Below the pieces are notes generated by a model. That model made no database searches and was not told the origin of the DNA. It was given only the letters and a program-made list of their open reading frames with translations. Positions 1 to 15,192 of a stretch of 64,000 nt of DNA are shown piece after piece. Numbering within the stretch: position 1 is the stretch's first letter; each line of letters begins with the position of its first letter. A program made the translations under genes and the position numbers. Origin of the DNA: the human T2T-CHM13v2.0 reference genome, Homo sapiens; the NCBI RefSeq assembly GCF_009914755.1, contig NC_060943.1. One strand, written 5' to 3'.

Positions 1-529
1 GTTACAGTGAGCTGAGATCGTGCTATTGCACTCCAGTCTGGGTGACAGAGCGAGTTCGTCTCAAAAAAAAAATAAATAAATAAATAAACCCATAAAGGAC
101 AAAACAGATTTGGAAAGGAGACAACATCAACACAGTTTGGAAGGCTGAAAAGCAAATAGATGAGTTTAAATGACTTAGCAAAGTTGAGAGCCGCAACCTA
201 AGTAGTCAGTGGGAAAAGCCAAGATGTAACTTGACTTTCACCCCAAACTCCTAAAAGGCTCAGGAGTTGACATCAACAGGCACAATGGAAACTAGAAGAT
301 TGAAGTAATTGGGATGAAGGGTGTAAGTTTTGGGTTATAAGTTTAACTTATTAACTTTTAACTTTATTGGGTATAAGTTACAATACTATAAAATTCACCC
401 ACTGTAAGTGTGCGGTCCCGTGAAAGTTGTGTATCCATCACCACAGTCCAGTTTTCTAACAATTCCATCAACTCAAGAAGCTTCTTTGTTGATGTTTAGT
501 CAGTAGCTGCCTACGACCCCCAGTCCTAG

Positions 530-697
<168 letters not shown>

Positions 698-750
698 TAG
701 CTGGGATGACAGGCATGCACCACCATGCCAGCTAATTTTTGTATTTTTAA

Positions 751-879
<129 letters not shown>

Positions 880-2777
880 TAATATGTAAATTATTAAATT
901 GATTTCCTAATATTAAAACATTCTTGCATTTTTAGAAACCTTAAATTTCAAACAACTGTATTTCTCTATATCAATTATCAATTGGAGTAATTAGCCATTA
1001 TCTATAATAGATTCATTACATGGAGTTCATGGTAGATTTCAGGGAGTCTTGATCCCCTGAAGTTATAAGCAATTTTTATTTACATACAGAAACATTTGGG
1101 GAGAGGGTTCATAGATGTCTTTAATTTTCCAAGACCCAGATAAATACAAGCTACCTTTGCTTATGCCTAAGTTAAAAGTTTTAACATATCTTTTCACTTT
1201 TCTCCCTTTGTCCCATTTTCCAGGTTTTATCTAATTTGGGGTTTAGGTTACAGATTGTTATTATTACATTGCTTCTATTTTTAGAATCCCTTAAGAGCAG
1301 TTTTATTAGCAATGTTGACTTAGATAAAACTGAGGGGGCTTTTTTGTTTTTTGTTTTTGTTTTCCGTCAGAGACAAGGTTCTTGAGGACACAACATTTAA
1401 GCTGGGGCCTGACAGATGAGTTAGAATTAGCCACATGTAGAGGCTATCTAGGAAGATGTTAAGGCTATCTGTTATGTTCAGTTACATAAGAGAGATCCTT
1501 TGTAAATGTGTTTTGCTTTGTAATAAACCTCCTAAGGAGCCAGTATTGTTTTGTTATTACATCACTCTCTAAAATTTCAAATTGCCTTTTTGGTTTTATA
1601 AGGACAAGATGGGCTCTTAACAAGATGGCTTTGGGGTTTTTTCAGTCGAAGATGATGTAACCTCTAGAGTTAAGTGCGAAGAAGTTGATTTTGAGAATAT
1701 ATTGCAGAAGGTGCAAGGAACGTCATCTGGGTTATGACCTCTGGAAGTGGAGGTAGTTTTTTGTCATTGGGTCGCCAGTGCTTGGCATGTGATCTGTGAG
1801 GTGATCGAGAATATTGCAGACACAAGGGCAGGAGTAATGCCTCTGTTAGGGGTGTTAAGTTCGTAGTGGGTTCAGGAAGAGATGGTGGAGGCTGAGGGAC
1901 AGATGTTTTCATTCAGTGCAGTAATATTTGCTAACAGGAAGAAAGTAGTGTGGGTAAGGGTGAAGAAGGGGCCAGAGAAGAGAGTGCAGATGTGCAAAAA
2001 GTGAGAGTTTGTGGAAGCAGGCCGTGATGTGGTTCCAAGAGCTGGACTGTCGAATCTTATTTTTGTAAAGCTCTGCTCTTAAGTAAAAAACCCAGAGTCA
2101 CCTTTCTACCATGCTACCTTCAGGGCCTGAGCAAGAGTACTGCGTTATAGAAGAGGTGGTGCTTTTTAGTATTTAAGTAATTAAACCTTCCTTGTTGTAT
2201 TAAATCCATATATAATACCTTATTCCAACATATCTCAGATAGTTTCTGTATCTCAGATAGTTTCAGCAAGAGTTTGTGTATGGCACCGAATGGACAAGAG
2301 CTGTACATATATATAAATGTCAGAAAGAGAAGGAAAATACTAACTGTAACTTTTTGGTTTCCTGGTTTGCTGCTTTTGCATGTAGACTGTTCTTAAATAT
2401 GCTGAGGTTGGGTTTGTTTTTCCCACTTTCCCATTCTATCAACATCAGTTGTTATTTACTCTAAACAATCATTCTTTCATTTTATCCTAAGTGAGTTTCT
2501 TTTATAATTTAATTCAGTTCCCTTGGTATTAAACACTGTTCAGTACTTTGGAAGTAGCTTACTTAATAGCTTTTTCTGCTGTGTGATTTATTCAAGAAAT
2601 ATTCAAATGTCAGCTATATGTAGAGCACTGTGTTAGATTCTGTGGGAGTTGCAAAGATGATCTAGATACAGATCTTTCTCCAGATCTTTAAATTCTAGAA
2701 GGGTAGTATAGACAGAATGATAGAATGCTGTGTGGTTTTCAAAGGAAGAACAGATTACTTCAGCCCAGGTGGAGTTG

Positions 2778-3117
2778 GGTGATGGCTAATTTTATGTGCC
2801 AACTTGACTGGGCCACAGTGCCTAGATATTTGATCAAATATTTTCGATGTTTCTGTTTAAGTATTTTTTGTATGAGATTAACATTTAAGTTGGTAGATTG
2901 TGAGTAGCCTCCATCTGTGGGTGGGCCTCATCCAATCAGTGGAAGGCCTTTAATAGAACAAAGACTGACCCCTGAGCAAGGAGTTCTGCCAGCCTGCTCT
3001 GCAGATTTTGGATTTACCAGGCCTCCTTAATCCCTTGGGCCAATTCCTTAAGTCTCTTTCTGTGTTTGTATATGCACATCTGATTTATTCTGTTTCTCTA
3101 TAAAACCTGACCGATAC
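2778..3117 (+). mobile_element. MLT2-family (ERVL) solo LTR
   Basis: tgatggctaattttatgtgccaacttgactgggc start, catccaatcagtggaaggcc...aatagaacaaa core, tctgtttctct...aacctgac end. Confidence 0.8.
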
Positions 3118-3653
3118 CTGGAATCTTCAAGTTGAAATTTAGGATAGGGGGAGAGAGAAAAATAGAGGACAGAAAACCTGATCTGTGAACTGAGAATAAT
3201 GAGCTTTGTTAGAATTTAAGTTTGAGTATGCTGGGACCAGGTCTTGGAGCTGATACAGGACTGAAGAGTTTTAACTTTACATCATAAATCTTATTCTAAG
3301 TTTTCATTTGAACCTGGTTTTAGTTTCTTAACTTTGTAAGCGTCTTTTGGATATTTCAGTGTTTCATTTGTTGCTCTCAAATTTTGGTATTCAACAGACT
3401 CGTTTCTTTTTCTTTTCAGTTAACATTAGAGTCTAATTTACAATTTTTAGTTCATGTCAAAAAAAAGTTCAGGCCGGGTGTGGTGGCTCACACCTGTCAT
3501 CCCAACTCTTTGGGAGTCCAAGGCGGGCAGATCATAAGGTCAGGAGATCGAGACCATCCTGGCCAACATGGTGAAACCCAGTCTCTAATTTAAAAAAAAA
3601 AAAAATACAAACATTAGCCTGGGCGTAGTGGTGCACACCTGTAGTTCCAGTTA

Positions 3654-3761
<108 letters not shown>

Positions 3762-3850
3762 TCAAAAAAAAAAAAAAAGTTCAGGCTTTGGGAAATTTTT
3801 TTTTTTTTCTTTTGAGACAGTCTTACTCTGTTGCTGAGGCTGTAGTGTAG

Positions 3851-3985
<135 letters not shown>

Positions 3986-4964
3986 TAGAGACAGAGGTTT
4001 CACCATGTTGGCTAGGCTGGGCTCAAACTCCCAACCTCAGGTGATCTGCCCACCTTGCCCTCCCAAAGCGCTGAGACTACAAGTGTGAGCCAGCATGCCC
4101 AGCCTGGAAAATGTTAATAGTGTCATTTGGAGGGTACTAGCTTCACTTAACTATGTATTTTAAGTATATAATGTTTATCATGCTTAAATTTAGAACATTT
4201 TTGGTATTTTATAATGGAGGTATTGTATTGGGAAGTTTGTCACTACAACTTATTTCTCTGGCCTTGTACTATGATTTTATATACAAGTATTATATACACT
4301 AACAACCAGTTTGGCATTAGGATGATGTTTGAGCTTAACTAAATCTGGAGACTGGATTAGATGAGTGATTTTGCCAAATAATTTGACCCTGTTTTGTTGT
4401 TGTTGTTGTTGTTTGTTTTTTTAATGCATGTGATGCATTTCTATTAATAAATCTTTGGTGTTATTTCAAGCTAGAAATATAAAATTGATTCTATTTTAAG
4501 ACTAATAAAATTATTAGCTGGGCATCATGGCTCACACCTGTATGTAATTCCAGCACTTTGGGAGGCTGTGGTGGATGGATCGCTTGAGCCCAGGAGTTGG
4601 AGACCAACCTGGGCAACATGGCGAAATCCTATCTCTACAAAAAATACAAAAATTAGCCAGGTGTAGTGTGTGTGCCTGTAGTTCTAGCTACTCAAGAGAC
4701 TGAGGTGGGAGGATAGCTTGAGCTTGGGAGGTAAAAGTTGCAGTGAGCCGAGATGGCACCACTGCCCTCCAACCTGGACTGGATGACAGAGAAGGGACGC
4801 TGTCTCAAAAAAAGAAAGAAAAAATTATTAGGGCAATGTAGCAGCATGATGAAGTTTAAAATGTAGAGGACAACCACCCCCAGTTTCCCCATTCTCCCCA
4901 ACTACTTTTGTCATTCTCTGTATTCTCTTGTAGGCTGTATTTGTAGGTGTGTGCGCACATGTGT

Positions 4965-5480
4965 GTTTGAAGTTGAAAATTCACATTACATGCAATTAAC
5001 CATTATATTGTGTACAATTCAGTGGCACTTAGTGTAGTCACAGTGTTGTGCAACTACCACCTCTCCTTAGTTTCAAAACTTTCCATCATCCTACTAAAAT
5101 ACCCCTAGGCATTAAGTAATCCCTCTTCATTTCCCCCATACCCTGTTGACCACTAACCTGCTTTCTGTCTCCATGGTTTTTCCTATTTCGGATATATTAT
5201 GTAAAAGGAATCATACACTGTGTGACGTTTTGTGTCTAGCTTCTTTTACTCAGCATAATGCTTTCACGCTTCACTCTTGATGTAACATGTATCAGCATTG
5301 TGGTTTTTTTATGGCTGAATAATATTTCATTACATGTATTTTTAAATATATATATCATATATATAAGATATATAGAGATCATAATTTGTCTTTTGTTGAT
5401 GGGCATTTGGGTTGTTTCTACCATTTGGCTGTTTTGAATAATGCTGATATAAACATTTGTATACAAGTTTCTGTGTGAAC
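4965..5480 (-). mobile_element. Old L1M (L1MB-like) 3' end fragment
   Basis: gtgtacaattcagtggc..., ctttctgtctccatgg, ggaatcatacac, tttttatggctgaataatatttcatt hallmark blocks. Confidence 0.75.
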
Positions 5481-8400
5481 ATAATATAATCTCTGGTACT
5501 TTGTTTTGGCAGCCCTAGCAAACTATATTGTGTGCTTTATTTCCAGTGTAGTGCTTAGCCCACTTGCTGGACTGTAACTTCCCTGAGGGTGGGGACATAA
5601 ATATAATGCCTGCCTAATATTACTTAAATATTCTAAGCCTGCTGAATCACTACATTTTCGTTAATTCATGATAATCCCCAAAATATCCCAGAATCAGATC
5701 AGTATCTATTCAGCTACATAATACTACTTAATAGTAGTAGTATGGCTTACTTTGAAGCCTAATGCTGTGTCAGCTTCAGAGATTAAGATGTCAGGAAACC
5801 AATAGTAGTACTTATTAGAGGCATTGCAAGTGGTATTTAGTGTTTAGTGGACCTTCAAATCCAATTCAGTGATATCAAATCCAAGTAAGCAAATAGACTG
5901 AGCTCCTTGAGAATAGGAACTGGTTTCCCTAGCATCTAGCATAGTACCTGGGACAGGTGGTGCCCAGCAAGTATTTGAAAGAAATGGGATGAAATGCAAT
6001 GACATACGGCACCTATGTTCAGCTTAAAACTCCAGTCACATTACCTATGGGTATTTACATTGGAATGTGTAGTTGCTGTAGAATCCCAAAATGAATACTA
6101 GAATAACAATGTTCTTTCTCAAAGTACTACGTGTTATGAATGAAAAAAAAAATGATTAGAACATAGTTCAGATTTTGCCAGCCAGACAAAGGCATTTGTG
6201 CTGTAATCTGAGGTATGCCTTCCTGCACTAAGAGGAACAGGGTTTATGGGAAAACTAGGATTAGGAGCAGACCATTTGAAATCTGTGCATCTTTGTAATT
6301 TAAGCACTAATGTAAACCTAATAAAAAGATAGTAGTGTGCTTAAAGATAAGTTAAAATTTTTAAACAAATAATTTGGTAAATTTAGAACTTTCCCTTTAA
6401 AAACAGTAAAGGTGACCAGAAGTGGTGGCACTACTCAGGGCTAGCTGTATTTAACTGTTGTTACCTGCAAATGCAAAAACTAAATAACATTTTAGGAAAA
6501 ATTGGAAATGAACCAATGTGATTTCTGAATGTACTGACATAATTCCCTTATTTACTGATTGCATATGAGCTAATGTATGTGTTGTAGTAGAATAGTTCCA
6601 GTAGTTCTTTACCTTTTCTGTGCTTATCATGCCTCCTTCCTTTCTACTGTTAATGTTCAAGTTTTAATCTTCCAGACTTCTCATTTGTTCTGTAACAGTA
6701 TCTTCTAGCCACGTGTGCCCTTCTAATCTCTCGTGTGGAATTTGTTCTTCACAATACTACAAGAATTCTATTGCATTGAAAACCCCAAATCTTATTAAGC
6801 CAGCCTCCATCATTAGAGCATGTTTCTCAAACTCTTGGTGTGTGCAAATCATTCTTATTCTGTGATTTCTATTTTCATGCTTTTTCAGTTTGCTTCATTT
6901 GCCATATGATAGAGGTTTTCTTCAGACCATATTTTGGAAAGTATGCTCTTAGTTTTAAATTCTACTATGGGTTATTTCCAAGACCCATAGTAGAATTTAA
7001 CAAATTCTTTCAAATAAAAAATTTTAAAGCCTTCGCTTATTATCAACTAGCCAAAAAAAAAAAAAGTGTATCAAGTGACTCCTACTTGACATGATGAGAG
7101 ATGAAAGTGTAAGTTTAGATACTACTACTGTCTGTTGAGTTTCCTCTCTCTCCATTCATTTTAATCTCCCAATTTTTGTTAAAATGTTGTGATATACTGT
7201 TCTTAGTTTGTTACACTTTGTAACTTTGTAGTCTTTTCCAGAACTATTTCTATTCTGGAACCAAAGTAAATTGTCATGTAGACTTCTGTGTTGAAATGAA
7301 TTTATTGTCCATTTCTTATCTTTAGATAACACTTTTTTTGAGTTATTTTGATATACCAAAGCATAAGTCTCTGTGGCTTGTAGTGGTCTGTTTTTTGTTT
7401 GTTTGTTTTGTTTTTTTCTGGAAATACAGTGAAAGCTTTTGATGAAATTTAGGCCTTCATGTTAAGACATTTCTATTCTGTTATATCTTTAATTATATTT
7501 TTCTTATTCTTTTGTCTATCTCAGGGGCAGCAGTTAACTGTTGGATCTTCATAACTATCATCTTCTCTCTAACCTTTTTAATGCTGTAGTACTTTTTCAT
7601 GACATCTTGTTTACCTTTTCTCAAAATTATTCTCTTCTAGTGATTTGGTTTTGCTGCATTGACTGTTGTTGCATTTATTAGTTATGCTGTTTTATTTATC
7701 TTGTGTAATTTTCTTTCCTTAATTCTGCATGCTACCCTTTCAATGTTGTTTTGATCATAAAAGTCTATGCTATCTGTTTTTCTTGTGAATGTCGAAGCAG
7801 TTGTTTCAGAAAATTTCTTCTATTTTCTGTGATAAATACTAATACTGAATGTATTTCATCTACCTTTTGAAGACTGTGTCCTATCAGGGCAAACTGCTGG
7901 TAATGGAAAAAAAAACAAAATAAGTAAATGAAGACCGTGTCCTCTTTGATTCTTCTCTTCTTCTTTACTGCCTTTTTTCTTTATTTTGATACACCTTTTT
8001 CTTTCCTTCCATCATTGCCTCCCTCCTTTCCCTCTTTTCTTCCCTTCTTTCCATCTTTCCTGTAAAATTTTTCTTGATTCCCTGATTTTTCTACTCTTTT
8101 TTTCTTTAGTAGGTCCTTTCAGTACCTGCTGCTTGCCAAAACGTGAAATGCAGATTCTCTTTTTACTTCACTCTGAATTCACCTGGCTAAGCTCTGTTAG
8201 GCCTTAGGAAGCTTAATAGAGCTTCTCTAATTTTGTAGAAGAAGGGCCTTTGACTTTTTCCCTCTCTGCTTCAGGATGATCTCATCTGCTACTTTGGAAG
8301 CATGAGACTTTATTTGTTTTGATGGTACTGAGGTTAGGGGTGAGATTGATTTATTTGTAATTAGTCCTTTCTCCTCCTTATCCTTCCTTTTGGATAAAGG

Positions 8401-9360
8401 TAAAAATATAAAATCCTCCTGCCTGCTAAAGTACTGTTTGGCCATCAGAGAAAGGGAGCTTCAGGTAGGGCATTCCGCAGTCCCTGTCCCCATCTTAGCA
8501 AGTTGAAGATGCTAGTCAAAATTTCTCTGGGGGCAGGAGAGGGCAGAGGATACTTACGTATGGATTCTGGGGTTGGTCTTTCAGTTTCAACTAACTCATT
8601 CTGTACCTGAATGATACTATTTAATAAAATTTCGTGGTATGAGTTTGAGAACTTGTCATGATTTTAGGGATATTTTAACTTCCTTTTTGTTTCTTTCCTT
8701 TAGTTTTAGGGAAGGATCTTCTGCCAAACTACCTGTGCCACTGTCTTTCCTGGAAGTCTCATAAGTACTAGAAAGAACTTTTAGAATAAGAGTGTAGGAC
8801 ATTATTTACACTGAAATAACATTCTTTTTGTTTTTTTTTTTTTTTTTTGGAGTCAGATTGTCATTCTGTCACCCAGGCTGGAGTGCAGGAGCGCCATCTT
8901 GGCTCACTGCAACTTCTGCCTCTTGAGTTCAGCCAATCCTCCCGCCTCAGCCACCTGAGCAGCTAGGACTACAGGTGCATGCCAACATGCCCAGCTAATG
9001 ATTTTTTGTATTTTTAGTAGAGATGGGGTTTCACCATTTTGTTGAGGCTGGTGTCAAACTCCTGACCTCAAGTGATCTGCCCACCTTGGCCTCCCAAAGT
9101 GCTGGGATTGCAGGCATGAGGCGCTGCATCAGTTCTGCAAAAAAAAAAAAAAAAAGCGTATGCATTAAAAATACTAAGGGGGCCAGGCGCGGTAGCTCAC
9201 GCCTGTGATGCCAGCACTTTGGGAAGCCGAAGCGGATGGATCACTTGAGGTCAGGAGTTCTAGACCAGTCTGGCCAACATAGTGAAACCCCATCTCCGCT
9301 AAAAAAAAATACAAAAATTAGCTGCGCATGGTGGCACACGCCTGTAATCCCAGCTGCTCA

Positions 9361-9492
<132 letters not shown>

Positions 9493-9806
9493 TTAAGGGG
9501 TTTACTTCCTTTAGGGTACTCTTTAAATGAAATATGATGTTTCATATTCTCTATTTGGAACTTCTGTATGGATGCAGACATTTTCAGAAATCTCCCAGGA
9601 CAATGAACCTGAAACTTCTGTATTTATAAGAAACTTGGGGATTTGGTTATTTTATTTACTTATTTTGAAATAGGGTATTGCTGTGTCACCCAGGCTGCAG
9701 TGCAGCCACGCTTCAGTACAGCCTCAATCTCCCAGGCTCAAGCGATCCTCATACCTCAGCCTCCTTATAGCTGGGACTACAGGCATGCACTACCACACCT
9801 GGCTAA

Positions 9807-9947
<141 letters not shown>

Positions 9948-10969
9948 TAGCCAGAAATTGGCTTAAAATGCAGATTTTTGGACCCTGTCCCCAGCAAAAA
10001 GATTCGGTAGAAATCTTTATTCGTAGCCAGTTTACTGTGTTGCAGGTGGTCCCCAGTTTAACTTTGAGTAATGCTGTCTTCATTGTTAAAATAATCAGAT
10101 TTAATTATATGGTAGATATTTTAGGTAACTAGGGTATTTCAAGCTGTCCCATGGGGCTGAGTAGCTGGCAGCTGCTTGACTTGGCTTCTAGAGGACTTAC
10201 TGCTCAGCAAGGTAAATGTTATTAATACCTTCATTGCTCTCTGTGTCCCAAAGGTCAATACCCAAACTTTGAGATTTTGTAGACTGGAGGAATCTTTGTC
10301 TCCCACTCCTTCCCCAAGAAAGACATAGGTTGCTAATTTTTATTTTGTCGAATGAGGACATTAAAAATAAGTTAACCGTGAGCCAGGCACAGTGGCTTAG
10401 GCCTTTCATCCCAGCACATTGAGAGGCTAAAGCAGGAAGATCACTTGAGGCCAGGAGTTCAAGACCAGCCTGTGCAAAATAGCAAGACCTCATCTCTACT
10501 AAAAAATAAAAAAAGTTAGCTGGGCTTAGTGGCACATGCCTGTGGTCCCAGCTACGTGGGAGGTTGAGATAGAAGGATCGCCTGAGCCCGGGAAGCTGAG
10601 GCTGCAGGAAGCCATGACCACACCACTGCACTCCAGCCTAGGGGACAGAGACCCAGTCTCATCAATAAATAAATAATGAAAGGACATTTTAACACCCCAC
10701 TACAACCACTAAAGATACAAATAAATAAAAATATAAGAGGAACACAACCTCATAATACAGATAGTCTTTTATATTGCATATATTTAACTTCGGGCAAAAG
10801 CCACTCTATTTTCCTCTTTAAAAAAACTTTTTTAGCTATAGATTAATGAATACTTTCTCAGACATTTCAGAACTACTGCTTAGTACTTGAAATACAACAT
10901 TTAGAATCTGGGGTACTACCTGAATGTGATGAGTAGTCACACATCTCATATCCTTTGTTTTCTTGCCAG

Positions 10970-11133
10970 TTCGATCCTTTGGTACAGAAGACAGACCGAC
11001 AGATCGTCCAATACCACCTCGAGATGAAGTCTTTGAATACATTATATTCCGTGGGAGTGACATTAAAGACCTTACTGTTTGTGAGCCACCAAAACCACAG
11101 TGTTCTTTGCCTCAAGACCCAGCTATTGTTCAG
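10970..11133 (+). CDS. LSM14A: LSM14A exon 2 (164 nt; C-terminal half of LSm domain, (V)[13 protein letters not shown]...QDPAIVQ)
   Basis: tcttgccag|TT acceptor, CAG|gtaact donor; translation matches the LSm14/Scd6 N-terminal domain (RSFGTEDR...FRGSDIKDL). Confidence 0.97.
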
Positions 11134-11793
11134 GTAACTGATGGTAAATTTGTCTTGGAGTACAGGTAAACTCCGCACAGGGTTAGCCTTGGCTTTTTTC
11201 TCTCTAGTTGAATGTTCATGTAGCTTATCATTTCCAAGTTACTGGGATACCTGAAATTACTGGATAATGTTCTCATCTAGGTTTTTCTCTTTGTATCATA
11301 AATTAGAACTAAGGTAAGAAACAGCTGAGGAATTTATTATGAAATATTTTCTAATTTCAACAACAATTACCATAGCTAACATTGAAGGCTACTCTGTAGA
11401 AGTGCTGTGCATATAAGATACCCTCTGAGGTTGGTACTATAATTATTCTCACTTTTAACAAGTGAGGAAGTTCAGATGGAGCCACAATTTGAACAGATCC
11501 AGGCAGCCTGCTTCAGAATCTAGGATCCGTGCTACCATGCTATTGAGATATGGTTTATATTGCAAACCAAGGCAATAACAGCTACTCTTAGGTAAGATTA
11601 TTAGGCTTAATGGGGAAAAAAAAGCAAAATCACATTGTTCTGCATATGTTATAATATGCAGTGTTGGTTTTTGTTTTGTTTTTCTTTTTCTTTTTTTTTT
11701 TTTTGACAGTCGTTGGAGTACAGTGGCGTGAACTCGGCTCACTACAACCTCCGCCTCCCAGGTTCAAGTGATTCTTCTGCCTCAGCCTCCTGA

Positions 11794-12165
<372 letters not shown>

Positions 12166-13122
12166 TGAATCTCTTTAAATGGAGAAGGAAGAGACACATT
12201 CTTAATAGAGATAGCTCCCTACACCAAACACTGGAGTTACCTTACTGTCTCTTTTATATGGCTTTTGATAATTCTCCAGGAAACCAGTTATTTGAGTAAT
12301 CGGTTTTATGGAAGGAGAAAAACTAAGAGAGCGCATATGAAAATGGTGTTGAATAACTTCTTCCAATAATCATAAACTTCTACTTGATCTCCTTATTCAT
12401 TCATTCAGTAGTATTTACAGAGTATCTGGCATGTGCTTAACACTAGTGGTGAACACACAGAAAAGGTCCTGCCATCAGTGAGTGTATGTCCTGGTAGCCT
12501 TTAATACACTTCATGTTTATATTATGAAACAGTTTATAGTAAGATAATATATGAAGTATACATGTATTAATATATGTTATATATTTTATATGCTTTAGGT
12601 TTAAGTTAAAGTTTTTATAAAATGTTCCTCAGCTTAATGTAACTATAAGTAAAAATGTAAATGGTTTTATGTGGGATATGTTTGTTTCTACGTCTGTGAA
12701 TTTAATAGTAGGCCTCAAATGATTGAAAATAAGAGTAAAATCATACGTGAGATTTATATCAACATCAGACTAAAACTCATTATTACTAAGTGTGATTTTT
12801 CTCATATTTTTCTTTAAGCAAAGTTACTTTACTTAAGTAACTTTAATTCTTTCCTCAATCTATAAAACTCTTAATTCAAATGGGGAGTTTATTGTAGAAA
12901 AAAGTATTTGTAAGTCACATTGAGTATAATTGGCACATTATAGACAGATACTGAAATCAAAAGGTTGTTTGGCTATTTTAATATTAAGTGCATATTGTAA
13001 TTCATTTTATATCTAGTAGTTATAATTTAATAGTTTTCTTAAAAGTAAAAATCTGGAATTTTTTTTTTCGTTATATACATGTTGCTTAGAGCTTGGAAAC
13101 ATAACTCATGATTTTCCTTCAG

Positions 13123-13252
13123 TCCTCACTAGGCTCATCGACTTCTTCATTCCAGTCCATGGGTTCTTATGGACCTTTCGGCAGGATGCCCACATACAGT
13201 CAGTTCAGTCCGAGTTCCTTAGTTGGGCAGCAGTTTGGTGCTGTTGGTGTTG
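13123..13252 (+). CDS. LSM14A: LSM14A exon 3 (130 nt; [21 protein letters not shown]...FGAVGV)
   Basis: ttccttcag|TCC acceptor, TTG|gtatgt donor; frame continuous with exon 2 (phase 0 to 1). Confidence 0.96.
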
Positions 13253-13460
13253 GTATGTTTTCTTTTTCTTTTCTTTTTTTGTTTTTGTATTCTTCCTTTC
13301 TTTACCACAAAGGTATAGAAACTCAACACAAACTATTAGAAATGTTGTTTGATGTTCCTTTTGTAACTTTGTTTTATGGTATTCAGAACACATTTTGATG
13401 ATATCTTAAAGCCTTTATTGATATTAGTGGGTTTTTAAAAGTCAGCTTTCACAGAGTAAC

Positions 13461-13566
13461 ATTTTTTTTTACTAGGTAAAAAAAAAATGGATATACTAGG
13501 TATATCCAATATCTACCAAATCTACCAAATTGGATATACTAGGTATATCCAATATCTACCAAATCT
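13461..13566. repeat. Three tandem short inverted repeats, including a duplication with 43-bp period
   Basis: T9-AC-TAG-GT-A10, then tggatatac-tag-gtatatcca twice (13488, 13531). Confidence 0.9.
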
Positions 13567-13849
13567 TATTGGTAATTGGTTTTGTTTTGTTTTTTTTAAA
13601 GACAAAGTCTCACTCTGTCACTCAGGCTGGAGTCCAGTGGCACTATCTTGGCTCACTACAACTTCCACCTCGTGGGTTTAAGCAATTCTCGTGCCTCAGC
13701 CTCCCAGATAGCTGAGATTACGATATGCATCACCACACCCAGCTAATTTTTGTATTTTCAGTAGAGGTGGAGTTTCACTGTGTTGGCCAGGCAGGTCTTG
13801 AACTCCTGACCTCAGGTGATCCACCTGCCTCGGCCTCCCAAAGTGCTAG

Positions 13850-14262
<413 letters not shown>

Positions 14263-14516
14263 TAAGACATGCACACATAAAGATACGCATAGCATGATTG
14301 AGGGCTTGGTGTTTTGTTTCTGTAACACTGGATTTGAAACGAAACTATAATGAGAATGTATAGCAGGGCTGGGCGAATGACAGGCTTGCTTATGACTGGA
14401 GGGTCAAGGGCTATTGAGTGCAAAAGCTGGATGTAATCAGATTAGCTCAGTGTTTTGTTTTTATAGCTATGCATTTTAGCGTTTAAACCATGGTAAAGAA
14501 CAGCTTTTAAAAAAAA

Positions 14517-14551
14517 ATCGCTTCTCAGCCTTTTGGCTAAGCTCAAGTGTA
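14517..14551 (+). pseudogene. 3'-truncated U2 snRNA retropseudogene (U2 nt 1-35)
   Basis: atcgcttctcagccttttggctaagctcaagtgta matches the U2 5' end at 33/35; followed by an A run; flanked by direct repeats aacagcttt(t)aaa. Confidence 0.93.
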
Positions 14552-14812
14552 AAAAAAAAAAAAACAGCTTTAAATCTCAAGCTTTTGCCCCTAATCTTTT
14601 AAAATTTCATTGAAATAATTATCAGTTTACTGTTTCACTGCACCACAAATTTAGTTTCAGGTGTATCTTGAAACTCATTGATATGCTAATAAGTTTTATT
14701 AAAATTGTTAAATTCCTTCCTATGAATATACTTTTTATACAGATGTGACTTAAGTATTTAAATGTTTTACTTATTCACAAAATAACAAAGAATGGCAAAA
14801 AAAAGCAAACTA

Positions 14813-15165
<353 letters not shown>

Positions 15166-15192
15166 TTAAATTGATAATATAACCACACAGAG

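Noticed and set aside
13488-13566. CRISPR-like palindromic direct repeats
   Set aside because: Eukaryotic intron, only two copies, no unique spacers or cas genes
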